43,741 nt of DNA, from NCBI RefSeq assembly GCF_001194135.2, contig NC_068986.1, forward strand, positions 114,957,716-115,001,456, read 5' to 3'. The notes below the pieces were generated by a model. The model was given only the letters and a program-made list of their open reading frames with translations. It was not told the origin of the DNA and did not search any database. The translations under genes and the position numbers were made by a program. This DNA comes from Octopus bimaculoides (Eukaryota). Of the stretch, positions 38,380 through 43,741 are shown piece after piece (the stretch's first letter is position 1; every line of letters begins with the position of its first letter).

Positions 38380-39470
38380 CTCAGCCAGTTGAGGGCAATG
38401 AGAGCCTAATTTCATACGCTAGGTATTTAATGTTGTCTTTTCTCCAGGACTGTAGCTTGTTAAAGAGATGAGCTGTGGCAATGTCTACCTTACAGTGACA
38501 ACGGCTGCTCATGTCAAGGCATCTCTGCATGAAGCGCAGTCTTAGCGCGTGTCTGCTCATGAGCAACCACAGCATGCCGATCCTGTGTTCTAGGGAACGC
38601 TGATAAAAAATGGATCACCTCGCCAGTGGGACGGGATCTTTTCCACGGGAAGAGGAAGAGCTGATGTCTTAGCCTGGACTTGGTGGTAGACAATGACGGA
38701 GGCGATGTAGACATTTTCCACCTCGACTCGACCTTTCAAGCACAGATTCCTCTTAGCCTATCTCTGGGTCAGGTTGACTGTCTTGCGCGTACACTTGTTT
38801 TGGATTATGTCCTATAGTGATGGACCTGACCCCGACGCCATTCGCTAATATCGACATGCCTCTCCAGGTACAAAGTCCACCAACTTGCCTGCGTTTATCT
38901 TTGTTTCTACCATCACCATGAATTCCTTTAGAATAATGTCGACCATTCTGAATGAATGCTAGTGTGCGGCACTATTACGGTAACCGTATCCTCATACGCC
39001 TGCACATCGCTTCTGCACATCGCTTCTGCACATCGCTTCTGCACATCGCTTCTGCACATCGCTTCTGCACCTCAGCTACAAAATGATATCCTACAACATT
39101 TCTAGCTTCCGCATCAATGATTCAAGAGTCAATACGTATAGAAGAGACGAAAGTGGATACTTGTGACGAACTGAGCGTGCGATATGGAGCGGCTCAGAGA
39201 AGTGGCCGATCACCCTAACTACAGGACAAGTACGTAGTGCATTGCTGTGATCAGCCTCTGAAAATGGGTCCGAGATAGACTGCTTTTTGGATTGCTGCCA
39301 AGTAACGATGGTTGATTTCACTGAATGCAAATTGATCATAGTCACACCAAAGCTAGCTTTGTTTCTCATCCTTTCTGTGATGAATGGTATCCTCCGGAGG
39401 CTGTTCTGGAAGGATCTACTGGACATCGCACGTTTGCATATCTCCGACCGAAACCACTGAAGACAAGCAC
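38380..39470 (-). mobile_element. Degenerate Tx1/L1-clade LINE (RT region)
   Basis: RSVRHKYPLSSLLYVLTLESLMRKLE (cf. SVRQGCPLSPLLYVLALEPL) and AYEDTVTVI at 38972-38999 (cf. AYADDVTV); frameshifted. Confidence 0.65.
39000..39070. repeat. 13-bp minisatellite (CTGCACATCGCTT) x5.5
   Basis: Perfect tandem units starting at 39000, 39013, 39026, 39039 and 39052, plus a partial unit. Confidence 0.95.
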
Positions 39471-39707
39471 CACTCGCTTTACGAACAATTTGGCTAAAAT
39501 GCTAAATTATACTTTTAGTAGCGTTACAGACTAGAAATTATCTGTAACATCCCAACATACCCCATAGTAGCTTTCTTCCCAACCGGCATTAACATGCTAA
39601 TGTAATGCACCAGTATTTGATTGCTATAAATAAATCATTTGTGCAGATTGTTCAGCAAAAAGTAACGGAACATTCATCTATCGATAACGACAGCGGTGCC
39701 CACCATA

Positions 39708-39747
<40 letters not shown>

Positions 39748-39763
39748 TGTAAAAAAATATATA

Positions 39764-39942
39764 TTCTTTATTCTTTTACTGGTTTCAGTTATTTGACTGT
39801 GGCCATGATGGAGCACCGCCTTATTTTATCGGAGTCCTTTGCTGAAGTACTAAGTTACGGGGATGTAAACACACCAACACCGGTTGTCAAACGATGATGG
39901 GGAAACAAACACAGACACAAAGACAAACGCACACACATAAAC

Positions 39943-39988
<46 letters not shown>

Positions 39989-40149
39989 GACGGGCTTCTT
40001 TCAGTTTCAGTCTACCAAATCCATTCACGAGGCTTTGGCCAGCCCAATGCTATAGTAGAAGACACTTGCCCAAGGTGACAAGCAGTGAGACTGAACCCGG
40101 AACCATGTGGTTGGTAATCAAGCTATTTACCACACAGCCACGCCTGCGC
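39764..40149 (-). mobile_element. SINE family B, near full length
   Basis: Collinear with 23847-24254, with a deletion in the 3' module. Confidence 0.83.
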
Positions 40150-40408
40150 AAGTATATANNNNNNNNNNNNNNNNNNNNNNNNNNNNNNNNNNNNNNNNNN
40201 NNNNNNNNNNNNNNNNNNNNNNNNNNNNNNNNNNNNNNNNNNNNNNNNNNNNNNNNNNNNNNNNNNNNNNNNNNNNNNNNNNNNNNNNNNNNNNNNNNNN
40301 NNNNNNNNNNNNNNNNNNNNNNNNNNNNNNNNNNNNNNNNNNNNNNNNNNNNNNNNNNNNNNNNNNNNNNNNNNNNNATATATATATGTATATATATATA
40401 TATATATA

Positions 40409-41202
40409 CAGGCATACCTCGGCTTAAGTCGTTCTCGATTATACGTCGGTTTTTAAAAATAATATATGGTAAAATAATCAATTTAAGTCATTTTACTCGA
40501 TTTTACGTCTGTCCGCCACAAATATAAAAATCGTAAAATCACTAGAAAATCGTTAAAAGCACATAAAATCATGTTACTGTATAATAAATAAGAATAAAAG
40601 CATATTAAATCAAATTAAAATGCGTACAGTAAATGTTAAGATACACACCATAAAGTAGTGTAGCTTAGTGAACGAAATCATGAAATCAGCTGTGTTGTCT
40701 TATTTATCGGTCTTTCGGAGCTCATATTGCGCTGTAGCTCCAATATCTACCGTTAGGCGTCGTGATCCCCGCGAATATTTTGAATTCAGATTTGTTTACG
40801 TCTGTTTATCGGCTCATTCTCATTCGTTTGTGACTTTATTTTTTGCACCCATGGCTCCTAAGAAAACTTATAGTGAAAGTGCTAATCGTCATGCTATAAC
40901 GCCGGAAGACAAACTGGCCATGATAAAACGCCATGAAAAAGGTGAAAAGGGTGGCAGTTGCACGATCCTTTTGGATGAGTCGGACAACTGTCTCGACGAT
41001 TGTACATAATAAGGACAAGATTTTAGCACATATCAGATCCGAAGCCCCAACGGTGAAGAACACTGTCATCAATAGGTTTAGCCTAGAGACAAGTAAATTC
41101 GGCCTAGCCTAGCCTAGAGACAAGTTAATTCGACTTAAGTCGTTTTTCGACTTAAGACCTGTCTCTTGGAACTAATTAACGACATAGGATGACGTAGGCC
41201 GG
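40409..41202 (+). mobile_element. Tigger/pogo-like non-autonomous DNA transposon
   Basis: TA|CAGGCATACCTCG left end; CENP-B-type HTH MAPKK..RHAITPEDKLAMIKRHEKGEK/VARSFWMSRTTVSTIVHNKDKI (frameshifted); degenerate right end before a TA repeat. Confidence 0.75.
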
Positions 41203-41354
41203 TATATATATANNNNNNNNNNNNNNNNNNNNNNNNNNNNNNNNNNNNNNNNNNNNNNNNNNNNNNNNNNNNNNNNNNNNNNATATATATATTTATATTT
41301 ATATATACATATATGTAAATATACATATAGAAAATATGTGTGTGTATGTATATG

Positions 41355-41387
<33 letters not shown>

Positions 41388-41389
<2 letters not shown>

Positions 41390-41708
41390 GAAACTTCAGG
41401 AGAACAAGTGGAATACTGAATGGAAAATTCAAAAGTGTTTTTCACCCCACCCTTGTAGCAGAATTCTTTATCACCACAGATGTAAAACGAGAGGTAGTAA
41501 CAATCGATGACATCAGCATCAAACATCCAAGAGGATAGAATGCTGGCCCCGACGGATCCCCAGCAATCCTTCCCAAATCATTCAAACGAGCCCTTGTAAA
41601 TCCACTGCAGCTTCCTTACAAGTGGTAAGCGCCCAGGAAACCTGAAGGAAGGAATAACATATCCTGTTCATAAAGGAAGAAGCAGAACCGTTGCTAAAAA
41701 ATTACACG

Positions 41709-41758
<50 letters not shown>

Positions 41759-43172
41759 CTCACACAGCAGTCATGGAACGAATAGTCTGATGGATATATA
41801 TTACATTCCTTGAAGAGAATGACTTGCTGACCGACACCCAAGATGGTTTTCGACCAGGTAGAAGCTGCCAGACACAGCTCTTGCAGTTCTACGACTGGGT
41901 GTTAGAGCAGCTGCTCAACAACTCAAATGTGGACGTGACATATTTCGACCAGGGCATGATATGTCACAAGATTCTCAATCTCGGTATAGTCGAAAAACTT
42001 GGAGAGTGACTACATGACCTTTTAAAAGTTTAAAAGATAGAAATCAGGTAGTAGAAGTAGTAGCCAAAGGGACTACCTCCAAGGAAACGCAAAAAATTAG
42101 TGGTGTCGCACAGGGCTGTGCCTTAGGGCCACTGCTATTCATAGCGGTCCTCTCAGACATGCCCTTAGCTGCTCAGATAACCACCCTTGTTCGCTATGCA
42201 GATGATACAAAAGTCTCTCTGAAGATACAAAACCCTGGAAATGTGGAACATATGCAACAGGAGCTGGACGCAATATACATGTGGGCTGAGAGCAATAACA
42301 TGCTGTTTAATACTGGAAACTTCTAAGCCCTGCGCTACCAACACATGAAACTGAATGAAATGTGGACAGGATATATTGCAGTCCCTGAATCAAAATCAGT
42401 GCGCAACCTGGGCATTGACATGAGTAATGATGCATCTTTCCAGGTGCATATTACTAAGTTGGCAATAAAATGCAGACGGCTGGCTGGCTGGACCCTTAGA
42501 ACTTTCAGAAAACGAGAACTGGAAACCCTGATGGCCTACTAGGGGACATTTGTCCTCAGCCATTTAGAGAATTGATCCCAACTATGCTCACCATAATGTA
42601 AAATTAACGAAGCAGCTCGAATCAATCCAGAGAAGATACACAAAGAAAATCGTCTCAAAGCGACATATCAAATACTGGGAGAGAATGAAAAAGTTAAGAT
42701 TCTACTCCCTAGAACGAAGACGAAAAAGATATGCAATGATATACATCTGGAAAATCCTAGAAGGGATTGTACGAAACTTTGGTATTGAAAGTTACACAAA
42801 CAGCAGAACTGGGTGCCACTATGTAGTATCAAAAACCCCTACATTGCTATGAGAATACTGGACCAGATACTGCAACAGCTTGGGTTTCAAGGGCCCACAG
42901 ACGTTCAGTACCCTCCCCAACATCCTGAGAGAACTACATGAGGTGGATGCAGGCCTCTTCAAGACAAAACTGGATCTCCTCTTGTCAAGAGTTCCAGATG
43001 AACCCACCGCCCGGCAAGAAACACAGATGAGGGTGGCAACATCAAACTCTCGCATTCACCAAATGCCACATATCAGAGGAGGTCTCAAGTAGTGAAAGTG
43101 TATCAAAGCTAACGGTGATGCTCCAGCATAGCCGCAGCTCTTGAGCTGAAACTAGTAAAGGAAAGTAAAGAA
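41388..43172 (+). mobile_element. 5'-truncated CR1/L2-group LINE, decayed RT
   Basis: ILNGKFKSVF, AGPDG, QDGFRPGRSCQTQLL, SGVAQGCALGPLLF, YADDTK (42195-42206), VRNLGIDMS..HI, LRTF, LESIQRRYTK; several stops and frameshifts; (CT)n inserted near 41710-41755. Confidence 0.88.
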
Positions 43173-43705
43173 AAATATGGCGAGTGATATATGTAGCTGT
43201 ATGTGATTAATATTCTGAACATTCTATAATATTGGAAATATTGTTGATTATTTAACGAAAAACATATTTAGGGAGTAATTCCGTACAAAAGATTTGTGAC
43301 CCAGACTGGGAAAATCAAATGAAAAATTAAAACTGAAGAAATACAATTGCTATAAAACATTCGTAACACCGTTTCTAAATGTTAGTAGCGAAATAATTGT
43401 TTTGCTTAACAAATTCAATTGACAGAAACTCAAAATAAAATTTTGTCTTCATGAAATAATTCTGTGGAAATGAGACGAAATTCATTGACGTTTCAATTGT
43501 GTTAATTAAGAAATAAACTCCAAGTAAATATATGAATTTTTGTATGTTTCTAAATGTCTAAAAATGATAATTCCGCGAAGTTAGAATTCCATTTTCAAAC
43601 AGGACCCTTTAATTCACCAATAAATAAGGCTGAAGAATACATACATTCTTACATACATACATGCACCCATACATACCTATACATATACATTCATATGTAC
43701 ATGTA

Positions 43706-43741
<36 letters not shown>

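Overview
AT-rich, microsatellite-dense eukaryotic scaffold with 12 N-gaps. The repeat landscape looks like an octopod cephalopod such as Octopus (inference). The one host gene is a group II PLP-dependent aromatic amino-acid decarboxylase on the minus strand, best matching tyrosine decarboxylase (Tdc; tyramine/octopamine pathway). Six coding exons (28770-28970, 24887-25000, 7193-7244, 5407-5471, 2367-2501, 618-728) have GT-AG junctions and splice in frame to 226 aa; the gene continues past the left edge. The rest is transposon debris: tRNA-derived SINE families, Dong/R4-like RLE LINE fragments, a CR1-like LINE, a Tx1/L1-like LINE, Penelope-like remnants, a mariner derivative, a Tigger-like element and a hAT MITE. 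Highlights: (1) five minimal type I hammerhead-ribozyme-like motifs, the best preserved inside a tRNA-headed SINE-like element (21955-22265); (2) a SINE and a CR1-like LINE sharing a 3' tail whose hairpin shows compensatory changes; (3) a Penelope-like remnant flanked by inverted, hammerhead-bearing repeats; (4) retroelement pile-ups at (TAA)n tracts. All alignments and folds were done by eye and family names come from recalled motifs, not database searches.
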